Positions 1 to 12,528 of a stretch of DNA of 64,000 nucleotides are shown here, piece after piece. Numbering within the stretch: the first letter of the stretch is position 1; every line of letters starts with the position of its first letter. The position numbers and the translations under genes were made by a program. Source of the DNA: Octopus bimaculoides (lineage: Eukaryota); NCBI RefSeq assembly GCF_001194135.2, contig NC_068981.1:128529642-128593641 (forward strand). Direction: 5' to 3'. The notes beneath the pieces were generated by a model, which was not told the origin of the DNA, did not search any database, and worked only from the letters and a program-made list of their open reading frames with translations.

Positions 1-39
<39 letters not shown>

Positions 40-78
40 ATATATATATATATGTGTGTATATATATATATATATATA

Positions 79-131
79 CTAGACTAGACTACCCATGTTG
101 CTTTGGGTCACTGGGAAACTCAGTTTCCCAG
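79..131 (-). mobile_element. Helitron-like 3' terminus
   Basis: Minus strand: hairpin acccaaagcaacatgggt followed by agtCTAGtCTAGt; also a perfect 10-bp hairpin at 111-131. Confidence 0.5.
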
Positions 132-167
132 CAATTGATTTTGTTTTGTGGATCTTTTCTTTTCCAG

Positions 168-284
168 GTTATTTTTGCATGCTTTCAATGAATGTGACAT
201 TGAAATCATGCGTAAACGGCCCCTTTCCCCAGAAAAGGAAAAATTTGGTTCTTATTTCTTGCACGCCCTGCTACCACGTAACAG
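168..284 (+). CDS. Isolated exon-like segment (117 nt, phase 2-2), possibly inside a Helitron
   Basis: ttttcttttccag|G...AACAG|gtatgt. Reads LFLHAFNECDIEIMRKRPLSPEKEKFGSYFLHALLPRN; no partner exon found. Confidence 0.3.
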
Positions 285-663
285 GTATGTTGGGTCCTTT
301 AGCACAAATTGCAGGGCGTGCTAGAAATAGCAGCAAGTCTTTGGAAGTGGAATAACGTTGAATGCACTCAACAAAAAACCTAGAGAAAAACTATTTCACA
401 CCGAGGTTGTGAAGTTCATGATATATATGTGTTTATGTATGTATGTATGCATGTATAGGTATATGTACGTATGCAGATGTATACATGCATATACACATAT
501 ACACATGCATATACACATGTATATATGCATGTATGTATGTATGAATGTATGTATGTGAGCATTTATGTATGTAAGTGTGTAGAGGTGTATGTATATGTGC
601 ATGTGTATGTAAACGTATGTTTTTGTACTGGTATGTGTGTCTGTTCAAGTTGTATATATAACT

Positions 664-752
664 GTTACTCTGACGAAGGTTGTGTATATATATTTACTAT
701 AAAAAGATTGTATTTTTTCGTTGTCAAATCAGTTTAATCGAAAGGTTAGAGC
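664..752 (+). ncRNA. Degenerate hammerhead ribozyme-like motif (Penelope-type)
   Basis: CTGACGA (670-676), a-ggttg...taatc stem II with a long loop, GAAA (740-743), ggtt, agag. Confidence 0.45.
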
Positions 753-1529
753 TTCTTCCCTTTCAAGATGAAGTTAAATTTGAAATATTTTCACATTATG
801 CACCGTTTTGGGTATTTATATCCCGAACCCCAAATATCTCAACGACTACTGCTCCAATTTACGCGAAACTTGTCTTACTACATTATTGCTATCTGCTAGC
901 CCCCCGACCCGAGTGTTCCACCTACACATAACAAGAAAACTTTTCCCTCACCCTACCCCAACAAACCAATTTACATCTCTTTCTCACATTTCCTCCTTCC
1001 TTCACTATACCTAGTTCTCACTCCCCAATCCTGTTCTCACATCCATGCTCTTCTGTATCATTGCTATCCAGTAGCCCCTCCAACTCTATATATACCTAAG
1101 TCTTTTGCCACTTACTCCACTCTTTAATTGCACTACTTTCACAATATCCTGTCACTTATATTATGGCATTTGAACCTCAAGGGTATGCCCTGGCACTTGC
1201 CACTATCTATATCTCTCTCTTCCTTTACTCAACCATCTTATTTACTCTCTGACCCTGTTCCTTGTGAGCATGCCTAGCATTTTGCCACCATCTCCATCCT
1301 ATGGTCTCCCACTCTCTCTCTTTTTTCTCCTGGACCTCCCTCTGGCTGGGCAACCGTGTATTTTCTATGCAGTAGCACACCTGTCTCTGTCTTCATCCCT
1401 GATCTTTCTCTCTCTGGCCAGGTAACCTTCTACTTTCTCTTTAGCAAGACACCTATACCTGTCTCACTTCAACATTTTCATCATAACCTCCTCCAATACC
1501 TCCTTCCCTCTTAAAAGTTTTTGTCTTGC

Positions 1530-1930
1530 AAGTACTTGGTGACCCTGTCAGTGCAGGTGCCACTTAAAGGCACCCAGTCCACACTGTAAAGTGGCTGGNN
1601 NNNNNNNNTGCCACTTAAAGGCACCCAGTCCACACTGTAAAGTGGCTGGTGTTCGGAAGGGCATCCAGCTGTAAAAACCTTGCCAAAACTGACCTCGCCT
1701 ATGCTTGTGCCACTTACAAAGCACTACTTACCTTGCCTGTGCCCATGCCATACAAAAAGCACTAAGTCCACTCTGCTGAATGGTTGGTGTTAGGAAGGGC
1801 ATCCAGCTGTAAAAATCCTGCCAAAATAGTCACAGAAGTTCGTTGCAAGTTTTGACCTGGCTGGCTCTTGTAGTATCATCGTCTTACCCATGCTAGCATG
1901 GAACACGGACATTAAATGATGATGATGATA
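1530..1930 (+). mobile_element. RTE-type 3' tail/SINE copy ending in (GAT)n
   Basis: ggaagggcatccagctgta...cccatgctagcatgg...ttaaatgatgatgatgat, the same tail as 61289-61597. Confidence 0.75.
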
Positions 1931-1957
1931 AATATATATATATAATATTAGGGACAA

Positions 1958-3113
1958 AATTCAAAATTACAGGTAAAAACTCAATTAAAATCAATTTATA
2001 AAAAATTAAAATTAAATTGAGCTTTATAGATTATAATATATATAAAAATATATAGTTTTTGGGAAAAAAAACCAAGTTTCAAGAACTCATCGATGAAAAT
2101 CCACTATCACATATAGAAAAATTAATAATTGAAAGCACATTAAATGAGTATAATATAAAACAGAGTAAATATCATAAGATAAATATAGTAAAATGACTAC
2201 ACGTGTTTCATAACTAATTTTCAAATAGAAAGGAAATTTAAATCGATTAAAATCAATTAAAATTATCGAAAATAAATTCTATTCAAAAATACAGCTAATC
2301 GCCAGGTCGTAAATAGAACAATAATTATAATAAATAAATATATATATCAACCAATAATAAGTACCAAATGAATTTATATAAAATACTTATTTTATAAAGA
2401 TAGAAAAATTATGAAAAATATCAAAATATCAAAATAATAAACATTCCATAATCATCCCTACATCTATTATAATATATGCTAACATGTATATTATATACAA
2501 AAACCAGCTTACATAAATTATTATTGTTTTAAATACAATTTAAATGAAGTTTAAGGTTAAAATAAAATAAAGATAAAATTAGTACATATTTAACTGGTAT
2601 AATAGTTAAAGTTATACTATTTAAAACTAAAAACGTTTATTTAATTATCAGTAAAAATCAATTGAATAATAGAAAAATACAAGAATACTTATTTCTACAA
2701 ACGTTGAAATAAAAATAAAAATATGAATAAAAAAATTTTGAATGAAAAAATTAAGAATGAAAACAATTATTAAGAATAAAAGATTAAACTTTATATATAC
2801 TAAGTTTTAATAAAAAAAACCTTTAACAATATTATAAACAATAAAGACTAATTATTAATAAAATATTATTAATCAAAAATAATCGAAAATATATCAACAC
2901 TATTCAAATCGAAGTCTTATATTATGGTGAAATGATACTCTAACTTCTAAATAATTTAGTGTTAAATAAGTTATCTATTAAAAATAATCTTTAAAAAACC
3001 AAATGAATAATATAAAAAACAAGAATACATATTATTTTCAAATAGTAGAAAATCGTTTAGCAAAGTAAAAACAGTACTTTTCCGTAATTCAAACTAAAGC
3101 TAAGACGTTAACT
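1958..3113 (-). mobile_element. Extremely AT-rich element, probably Penelope-like, truncated by a gap
   Basis: Very high AT content with retained CpGs; carries a hammerhead-like motif at 2190-2313; no recognisable ORF. Confidence 0.4.
2190..2313 (-). ncRNA. Hammerhead ribozyme-like motif
   Basis: Minus: gac CTGGCGA ttagct...agttat GAAAC acgt GTA gtc. Stem I gac/gtc, palindromic stem III loop; the core has A6 changed to G. Confidence 0.5.
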
Positions 3114-4109
3114 NNNNNNNNNNNNNNNNNNNNNNNNNNNNNNNNNNNNNNNNNNNNNNNNNNNNNNNNNNNNNNNNNNNNNNNNNNNNNNNNNNNNNNN
3201 NNNNNNNNNNNNNNNNNNNNNNNNNNNNNNNNNNNNNNNNNNNNNNNNNNNNNNNNNNNNNNNNNNNNNNNNNNNNNNNNNNNNNNNNNNNNNNNNNNNN
3301 NNNNNNNNNNNNNNNNNNNNNNNNNNNNNNNNNNNNNNNNNNNNNNNNNNNNNNNNNNNNNNNNNNNNNNNNNNNNNNNNNNNNNNNNNNNNNNNNNNNN
3401 NNNNNNNNNNNNNNNNNNNNNNNNNNNNNNNNNNNNNNNNNNNNNNNNNNNNNNNNNNNNNNNNNNNNNNNNNNNNNNNNNNNNNNNNNNNNNNNNNNNN
3501 NNNNNNNNNNNNNNNNNNNNNNNNNNNNNNNNNNNNNNNNNNNNNNNNNNNNNNNNNNNNNNNNNNNNNNNNNNNNNNNNNNNNNNNNNNNNNNNNNNNN
3601 NNNNNNNNNNNNNNNNNNNNNNNNNNNNNNNNNNNNNNNNNNNNNNNNNNNNNNNNNNNNNNNNNNNNNNNNNNTATATATATATATATATACATACATA
3701 CACACATACATGCACACACACACTAATTCTTGAATCACCTAATCATATCTTGATGGTAAGGTGGTTGATCTTAATGACCAGAAATAGTAAATCTAGGTAA
3801 ATCCTCCTTCTCTAATCTGTATTTTCCATTCCACAAGTATTTATTAGATTAGTGACCAAGACGAAAGATTATTTCCTTGTTAGTTAAAAATTACTCTGCA
3901 GGATGTCACATATACCAATTGTGATACCAATGCTTCAAATATGTCTTGATAAACTAATGTCAAAATTAATTGGTCTCGTTAATGAGGAGAGAAGCTTAAG
4001 CTAAAATTTGTTATCACAAACAATCAAAATTAATCAACTTTAATGTTTATTTCAATATCATAGTAGTGCAATTAAATGTGTGTATATGTTTTTAGATACC
4101 TATAGATAT

Positions 4110-4199
<90 letters not shown>

Positions 4200-4385
4200 G
4201 GTCTGAAGAAACACTGTGAAGCTAAGCACTTTATGGATGTGAAACCCAGAGCAACCCCATAGACCAGCTATAACTATCTTTATCTAATTACTCTACTTCT
4301 CTATAACTTACAGTGTGCATTGTCTTTTGGGTTTATGATTTACTGATTTACATACACACATGCACGCGCGCACAAACACACACAT

Positions 4386-4560
4386 TGATATACTTGGAGA
4401 TGGCCATATTTTGCCAACTAAATACATGCACTACATATTTGGTCTTCACTTCAGCTTTATTGTTACTATTTTAGAGACTTTGTCAAGGCTCTTTCATCAC
4501 ACATCCTGTAACTTCTTCAGTGACTTTTTCCATGTGTCTATTCTTGTTCTGCTTAGTTCA
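4386..4560 (-). mobile_element. Penelope pLTR-like repeat with hammerhead motif (copies also at 24585-24760 and 35030-35170)
   Basis: Three dispersed similar copies. Minus: gtca CTGAAGA a gttaca..tgtgat GAAA gagcct tgac (4482-4524), then an aataaagctgaag tail. Confidence 0.6.
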
Positions 4561-4724
4561 TTTTTGTCTTTCTGTGGTATGTATTCTTATCTGTGCATAC
4601 GTTTATATCTGTATCTGCATGTGCATTTGTGTGCACATGTCTATATGTTTAGTATGTGTGCTTTATGCGTGTGTATATGAGTTTGTTTACTACACAGTTT
4701 GTACCCAAGTCTTTTATTCATTTA

Positions 4725-6280
4725 CTAGCAGAGATACCTGGCGTTGCTTAGGATTAAAATGGCATAGTTTGTATATGTTACAGTTATGTTGAAAAATGTG
4801 ATATGGGAAATGCAATGGGAGATGGTGATGGGGAAGTGAACTGTTGAAATGTTGCAGAAAGTGAAGGGTTGACATTGGATTGCTGGTGTGGCTGTAGAAT
4901 AAGGAACATAAACTGAACCTATGCAATCACAAGAGAATATGTAGTAATGAATTACTTGAAAAAATAAGGCATAATGGCTTACCACATGGTTGGTGGGAGT
5001 AATTGGAGAATATGCTTTGATACTGAGGTCCATGCAGGAAACTGCTTTGTTGGTGCAGTTTTCAGGTTTGTTGGCATTATGCTGAAATGGTATCCATCTT
5101 CACCATTCACAAAGAACAGTGGATACTGGAGCACATTGTAGGATGTAGTAATTCCGACAAAACCTCTTGGTAAACAATATTCCTTGTTTTCCCTTGTGGA
5201 AAAAATGCAAATTGATTTTTTTTTGCTTCCCACTCTAGAGCAGCCAACATATAATTGCCTGTGTGAGAAGCATGACTCTTCCAAGTGAAGTCCTACCACA
5301 GACGGTGTTTGAACATGGGATTTATTGATAGACATTGTGAAGCTGATACGAATAGGTAATTGCACTCTTCTGAAAGAAAAAGGAATTTCTGCTCCCAATG
5401 GAATAAGAGGAATTCTGAGTATGAAAACATCCTCTCCTTTTCCACATCCAAAGAGAATGGTGGCCTCAATAACATGTAGCATCATCTTTACCACCAGGCA
5501 TTTCCCATTGCAGAGTGTTGGTGGATCCAAATTCTTTAATAACATTACTGGAGTTCCCACTTTAAGTTCCAATTTGTGGGGAGGTAGTCCTGGAGGCTCC
5601 AATGAATTAAGTAATTCTGATGGATAATTTAGCACCTCTTCTGGATCTAGGATTGTATCAACTGACTTAAAGATGTGAGGACTTCTAGGAAGGTACTGCA
5701 GCAGCTGCTCATTAATTTTACTTACAGTGCCAGTATTGCTCTTTCACACAGCCATTTGAGATTGTGATGATTTTTTGATCAATGGAGGATCTCCTCTTTG
5801 GAGACATTATGTCAAGAAATACAATATAATAAAATGAGATGACAATTGTACATTAATAATGAAATGACAATAAAAAAAGATAAATAATATCAATATCTTA
5901 GCAAATTTTAAGAAATACATACAATGAACTGAGATGATACTGTTAAGTTAATGATTAATTGTCAATAAAAAACATTAACTAATATCAATATTTTAAAAAG
6001 ATGAAAAACGTTCAGCAGAGTAATCGTGCTGGATGTAAGGGAGACAATCAATTTCTGAAAGTTACTTCGCAAAGAGCTACCTCCCTTATTCATATAACCC
6101 AGGAATGGGTGTTTTCTGCTCCCAAACAGCCCTTTACTCATGTGAAAAAATTTAAGTCTAAAATCATCTCTGGAACATAAGTAATGTATGTTCCAAGTTT
6201 GGAGAAAATCAGTTGTGAACTTTAAAAGTTATGCAGGTTTTACACACCTACACATACAACCTCACTTATGTATATATAGA
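4725..6280 (-). mobile_element. Internally deleted Helitron with PIF1 helicase and Rep remnants
   Basis: 5' A|TCTATATATA at 6280; 3' hairpin cctaagcaacgccagg plus CTAG|T at 4725. ORF 4979-5635 has LNSLEPPGLPPHKLELKVGTPVMLLKNL...CNG, SINKS and FSHRQLYVGCSRV. Confidence 0.9.
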
Positions 6281-7024
6281 TTATTTTTTCTTTCTCATTC
6301 TGTTAAGTATGTGTATGGGTTTATGTATTATATTGTTGGTATTGGTGTCTTTTTTTTTCTTAATGGAAAGAGGAGGGGTTATCACCCCATTCAAATTTTC
6401 TGTTGAGGCTCCCTGTCTATTACTATATGTGTGTTCTCCATAACTTGTCTAAGTGTTGTTTCTGTTCTATGTGTTGATAATATCTTAACATCTATGTTAT
6501 TGACTGAGCCACCATGTTCTAATTGAGAATGTTGAGCACTGAAAAGCTTCTCTCCTCCTTGGTCTCCTGCCATTGTTCACCTATCCTTTCATCTATGCTA
6601 TTTGCTGTCTCCTCAATGTATGTCATTGTCCTGTTTCTGCACCATCCCACAGTACACCTTATCCTATAGACTACATACCTAATTTTGCAGTTTACTGTGG
6701 GTTTATCCTACAATGTATACAGTTGCTATCCATACAGGGGGTTCTTTCAAATGTATATGTTCTACAGATCAAAGATTTTATGTGGGTCCCTGGCCTTTCT
6801 ACTACTTTAACCCATAGATTCATTTTATCTAAGATTTTCTTGTAGATATATATATATAATTCTTATATATACACAGGCATGACTGAAGTAAATAGACGCC
6901 CCATAAAACCTTGTTTTATGTTTATTCTAGCTTGTAATGGTTTATATTTTTTATTATTTGACATTTTCATGTCTCATGGTCCATATGTGACTGTTGAATC
7001 CTAATCTTCTTCATAATTACAATA

Positions 7025-8129
7025 CAGATTGGATCTTTAAACAATTTATCCCGGCTCCAAAAGTGTTGCTGTACATAGCATTTATAATATGCTTTTGAAT
7101 AAACTTCCAGGAGAAGTATTCACTAATAACTCAATTGACCAGGTTGTTGATGATCAGGACATTGTTGACTCCCCCATCGAATTTTTGAACTCACTAGAAC
7201 CACCAGGTACAGCTTCTCATGGTCTTCAGCTGAAAAAATGGACTCCTATTATGCTATTACATAATTCGTCTCAGCCAAAATTATGCAATGGCACAAGATT
7301 AATTGTGCACAAATACATGAGAAACTGCTATGTGGCAAATATTCTCACTGGTTATGGTAAAGGTAAGATCATCTTCATTCCTTGCATACCAGTTATATCA
7401 TCTAATGTCCCATTCCAATTTAAGCGGTTACAGTTTCCTATCCCACTTTCTTTTGCCATGAGCATTAGTAAAAGTCAGGGCCAAACACTAAAAGTTGCTG
7501 GATTGCAACTTGAACAACCATGCTTTTCACATGGCCAACTTTATGTAGGAGCATCATGCGCAGGAACAAAAGCAAATCTTTCTGCTTATTCACCCCAAAA
7601 TAAAACAAAGAATATTGTTTATGAAGAAATATTCACTCTTAATGCAACATGAATATTTCAATAACTTAATTTACTATTACTATCATTATATCTACGAATA
7701 AGTAAATTACCTGTTTAAATGAAGTGTATTATATAATTGCCATTACTGTTTTGGTAAATGAAATAACACATACAACTCAGTTATTATAATCACATAATAA
7801 ACAAACAGAAATTCATGTATGAAATTGATCTTTTTCCTACTTCAATTATTACATGTTTTTTTCTTTTATAACAATATTATATAATTGTCATTACTGTATT
7901 AATAAATAAAATAACACAGACAACTCACTTATTATTGTCATATAATAAGCAAACACAACTTCATGTATGAAATTGATCTTTTTTCTACTTCAATTATTAC
8001 ATATTTTTCTCCTATAAAAATACACATATACAGGAGGAGTAAATTATATATATATAATAATAATTTGAATGTGGCACCCAAGAAACAGTTAAAGTAAATT
8101 ACCCAATCAACGACTGGTATTACTGCTAG
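7025..8129 (+). mobile_element. Helitron fragment: PIF1 helicase C-terminus and 3' end
   Basis: ORF 7089-7652 has EFLNSLEPPG, KLCNGTRL, FAMSISKSQGQTL and FSHGQLYV; hairpin acccaatcaacgactggt plus CTAG|T at 8126-8129. Confidence 0.9.
7727..8020 (+). repeat. Tandem duplication (about 148 bp x2) in the Helitron 3' UTR
   Basis: tattatataattg(c/t)cattactgt...ttcatgtatgaaattgatc...cttcaattattaca occurs twice. Confidence 0.85.
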
Positions 8130-9488
8130 TATATTAATATATCAGCAATCCCCTGCTTTATGACTACCTCAGGTTATGGAATTTCATGCTTACAGAAATT
8201 GTAAAGCATGACTATTAATTTCAGGAGACAATCTGTAATTTCACTCTTACAGAAACTCATATTGCATAGTTTTAAATTGTTTACAATTTAAAACTACACT
8301 TTCACAAGATCAAGTATATAGTTGAAGATTTGAAAAACTATAATCACATTACACACATACATGCACACACTTACATGCATGTATATATGATGTACATAAT
8401 GTGAGTATATATACATATGTGTGTGTGCATGTGTGTGTGCATGTATGTATGTATGAACGTATGTATGTATGTATGTGTGCATGCATGTTTCTATCAACAC
8501 GAACCCTACCACTAATAGCAACGGTAGTATTTAGTATGAAGTAGATAAGCATAATTCATTTCAAGTAAAAACATATAATGTGGTATTCTAGTGTATTTTA
8601 AAAAGCTGAATGAAATGTCTTTGATTTCAGGTTTATGAGAACTGACTTGAGACTAAACAGCCACAACAATACAATTAACAAGAACCATATAACCACTACA
8701 ACACCTACAATACCCAACCACCATCACTAACATCAAAACCAATGCAACCTACATCATCCTCACTATCAACCCACCAACTTTTGAATCCAACTGGCTACAA
8801 CAGATGACAGCAAGTACACCAACACATGTCTGCAGGAGTATGGGTGTCTGTGCATGAGTGCCTGTATTTGTGTGCACATGCACGCATGTGTATGTGTGTA
8901 TGAGTGTGTGTGTATAAGTTTGTGTGAGTGGAGGTGTGTGTGTACTTGTCTTAAGTCAGAAGTACAAGGAGCAAATTTTCTATTAAATCTGGTGAACTTT
9001 CATCTAACTGTAGTCATATAGTATTTTCTCTTCCTCAGTCATTCACCTTTCTCTTATTTTCATTATTGCATCAATAGGAATAAGACAATTTTCTGCTCTC
9101 ACAAATCAGATCTTTCCTGGTGCAAATTTTTTTACTACTTGTTTGTTGTGAATAACTAATCACCACTACTGTAGGATTTGTTTTCAATTTAAAATGTCTG
9201 GAAAGAAGCTATCAAGTAGACATGAAGGTCGTAATGCAGAAAGAACTGTAAAGGATTTGCATTGGATATTAAACTTGATGTATTAAAAAGACTTGATGCA
9301 GAGATAAATCTAAGTTATATTGCCAAAGCATTAAATCTTGAAACATATACACTGGGAACAATATCTGACAAAAGACAGAAAATGTCTGTCAATGTATAAA
9401 GCATTTTTATAATTTCTAAATGTGATTAGTCATTTTCTAAGTATTGACTGACCACATTTTTTAGCGTATCTTTTACATTAGCTACACA

Positions 9489-10184
9489 CAGTGGCGGCTC
9501 ATGTGTAGACACTGTGGAACTGCAGCACCCCCTATTTCCACTCGATATTATCGATAACATTCAATATAATGCGTCCTTTTTGTTTTAATTCTTTCTTTAT
9601 ACTTGTACATTATATAATCCTTAAGCTTAATGTCAGTAGCTATCCCCTAGTTTATGAAAAAATACAAAAATCCTTCTATAGTACTGTGTGCTTCACAGTT
9701 CTAGTGACACAGTGTTTGGCTGTTGTGTGCATGCTCACATGTCTGAGATAGGAAGCTGCACGCTAGGGAAAGAGAGCACTGTTGTTCACACAGTGCTGAC
9801 CCTGGTGTGCTGGTGAAAGGTAGTGTTTCTTTTTAACTCCATGTGTGTTGTGCTTAAAAACATGTGTATATTCTTGAATGTGATATAGTGTAGAATTAGA
9901 TTATTATTCTGCTACAGTGTTGCTGCCAGGATTTGAAAAATAGGGTAAATTTTCCCCATATTTTGTGATTTAGGAGGGATTTTTGAAAAACAAGGGGGAA
10001 TTCACAGTGGTGTTCAGTGAACAACTTAAACATACTACCCGTCATGGGCTAAAACGCAAACCGATTAAGTTTATGTATAAATTTCCTTTTTATATGTTTG
10101 TTTCCTTTTACACAATATTAAAACAAAGGCTAAAATTTTTTCTGAAGCAGCACCCCCACTAATTTTATCTATGAACTGCCACTG
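9489..10184. mobile_element. hAT-type non-autonomous element (MITE)
   Basis: TIRs cagtggcggctcat / atgaactgccactg; 8-bp TSD gctacaca / gttacaca. Confidence 0.85.
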
Positions 10185-11289
10185 GTTACACAGATTAGGA
10201 AGATCTTTTTACAATTTTCCCTTTCAGTTTTTTTTTTCCTTTTGTGTGTTCTTTTTCACTTTCGTCAATCAAACATTGCTAGTTGATGATTTTATTAACA
10301 TATTTTTAGGAAGAAAATAAATTAAAAGTATAAGCAATCAAAAGTTCAATCAAAAACCCCATAACCAACTCACCAAGGAAACAAAGAAAAAGAAAATTAT
10401 GTCAAGTGATCAAGAAGCTATTCCATTAACTGTCTGAACATTTTTCTAGAGATCTAATATGATGCTTAAAACGAAATGACTTTTGAGTGTATGGATCAAA
10501 GAACAGAAGTGGCATAATGTGTCAATAAACATGATGGTAATTCAAAACAAAGCCAAGAGTTTATGACAATTTGCAGAAAAAGGAAGGTGAAACTTCTAAT
10601 GAAAAACCCTTTTTGACTAGTAAAGGCTGGTTTGAAAGGTTTAAGAAGCACATGAATTTACACAACATAAAAATGATTGGTGAAACTGTGAATGCTGATA
10701 CAGAGGCTGCTACTAATTATCCTGATCAGTTGAAGAAAATGATTGCTGAAGGGGGCTACACATCAGAGCCAGTATATAGCATTGATGAGACTGCACTTTT
10801 CTGGAAGCATATGCTTCCTAGAACTTTCATTTCTCAAGAAGAAAATCAACACCAGGACTTAAACCTTCCAAAAATCATCTGACACTTATTTTGGGAGGAA
10901 ATGCTGCTAGTAATATGAAATTAAAGCCCCTACTCGCACATCACTCCAAAAATTCGAAGATTTTCAAGGGTTATGCAAAATTTAATCTACCTCTGATTTG
11001 GCATTCAAATAAGAAGATATGAATAACTAAAAGCCTTTTTCAAAAAGTGATTTACATATATTTTCTGTCCAGCTGTAGAAAGGTACAGTGCCAGTGACAA
11101 TATTTCCAGTAAAGCATTGCTTCTTTTAGACACTGCACCAAGCCACCCAGCAAACTTAGATGACTTTTCTGATGATGTGTGAGTTGAATATATCCCCATG
11201 ACTATAACTTCATTGCTCCAGCTGATGGATCAAGGTGTGATAGCTAACTTCAGAACAAATTATATGAGAACTTTCAAACAATTTATAGC

Positions 11290-12528
11290 GTGACACAAGA
11301 AGCCAGTGCCATTTTGTACAAGATCTTGCTGGCGGCCATTACCAGGTCCGAGACAAGAGCGAGATTTCGCCTACAACCATGTTTGCCATGCACGAGACCA
11401 CAGCAAGGCTCTCATGGGCAACATCTATTTAAGAAGGTGTATTGAGCAACCCGCTCTCTTCTTGAACAACACTGCAACCTAGCAGCTCACCGCAGATTCT
11501 TAACCCGCTCTAACTTTACCCGTTATCTCAAGAGGTAATGTACCTCTCGCGAACAGAGCTAATGACCTATGCACTGACATACAGGAGCAAACTCCATGAA
11601 ATGAGAACCAATAAACAACCATTGAATTGCATCCGCTTGTAAGCCTCTTCTTCTTCGAGTTCCAGAATCCTAAGTCTACAAAAAATAATTTTAATAGGAG
11701 AAGGAGATACTCCACAGGTATCAGGAACCTTCTAGTCCCATTATAAAATGGTGACCCCAACATGATTCGAACACACATTCCTTCTGATAGTTCAGTGCCA
11801 GCCTTCATTTTACCTTAATGACCAACCGTTCTTTCTAATTTCACTTCTTCGCTACAGAAATGTCTTCCACAAAATGACTGGTGGGGGCTATCTGTAGCAT
11901 ATGCTTGAGGGAAGTTCCTCTCTCTCTCTCTGTTATATATATATATATATAAATACAGGCATAGTAGATAACAGCTAGCTTTTAGCCGCCCTTTTGGACC
12001 CTGTTGCGTCCACTACTCTGATTGGTTGCCGCACTGCTGTTAAAACAGACTTAGGTTTCTCCTCTGCTGAACTCCTTTACGGTACCATCCTGGCACTCCC
12101 TGGCACAATGTTGGCACCAGACAATTCATCACGTCCTGATCCAACGTCATATGTCACCAGACTTTGCTCATATTTCTCAAGTCTTCCACCCATGCATCTG
12201 TGTGACCAGTTTATTCCCTCCCACATCCCACCGAACATTGACAAATGAACTCACATTTTTGTTCAGGATGACTCTGTCAAGGGACCTCTCATTTTTCCTT
12301 GTAAGGGACCATTTCGTGTGCTATCACGCACACCCAAAACTTTTAGTCTCGACATCAATGGTCAGGTAGAGAACCAAATAAAGAGAACCAAATAAACAAC
12401 CATTGAATCGCATCCGCTTGTAAGCCTCTTCTTCTTCAAGTTCCAGAATCCTAAGACTACAAAAAAATAATTGTAATGGGAGAGGGAGATACTCCACAAG
12501 TATCAAGAACTTTCTAGTCCCATTATAA
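11290..12528 (+). mobile_element. Gypsy LTR retrotransposon fragments (LTR pieces, PBS, integrase C-terminus)
   Basis: Direct repeat 11603-11745 and 12385-12527; tggtgacccc PBS at 11749; GCRTAVKTDLGFSSAELLYGTILALPG integrase tail at 11994-12360. Confidence 0.8.

Noticed and set aside
358-737. ORFs rich in Y/M/C/V/H/T/I
   Set aside because: Translations of (TA)/(TG)/(CA) microsatellites; the same applies at 4080, 8294, 31286, 35638 and 55317.
1558-1648. Apparent 40-bp direct repeat
   Set aside because: Identical copies flank a 10-N gap, so it is most likely a scaffolding overlap artefact; the same applies at 36380-36460.
2070-2100. Second hammerhead-like string (minus: cgatgagttcttgaaac)
   Set aside because: The core lacks CUG and there is no convincing stem I or III.
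1958-3113. Possible mitochondrial insertion (NUMT)
   Set aside because: I recognised no rRNA, tRNA or mitochondrial protein motif; only AT-richness supports it. Not formally excluded without BLAST.
3089-3738. Long ORFs over 200 aa
   Set aside because: Composed of N gaps; the same applies at 54553-55363.
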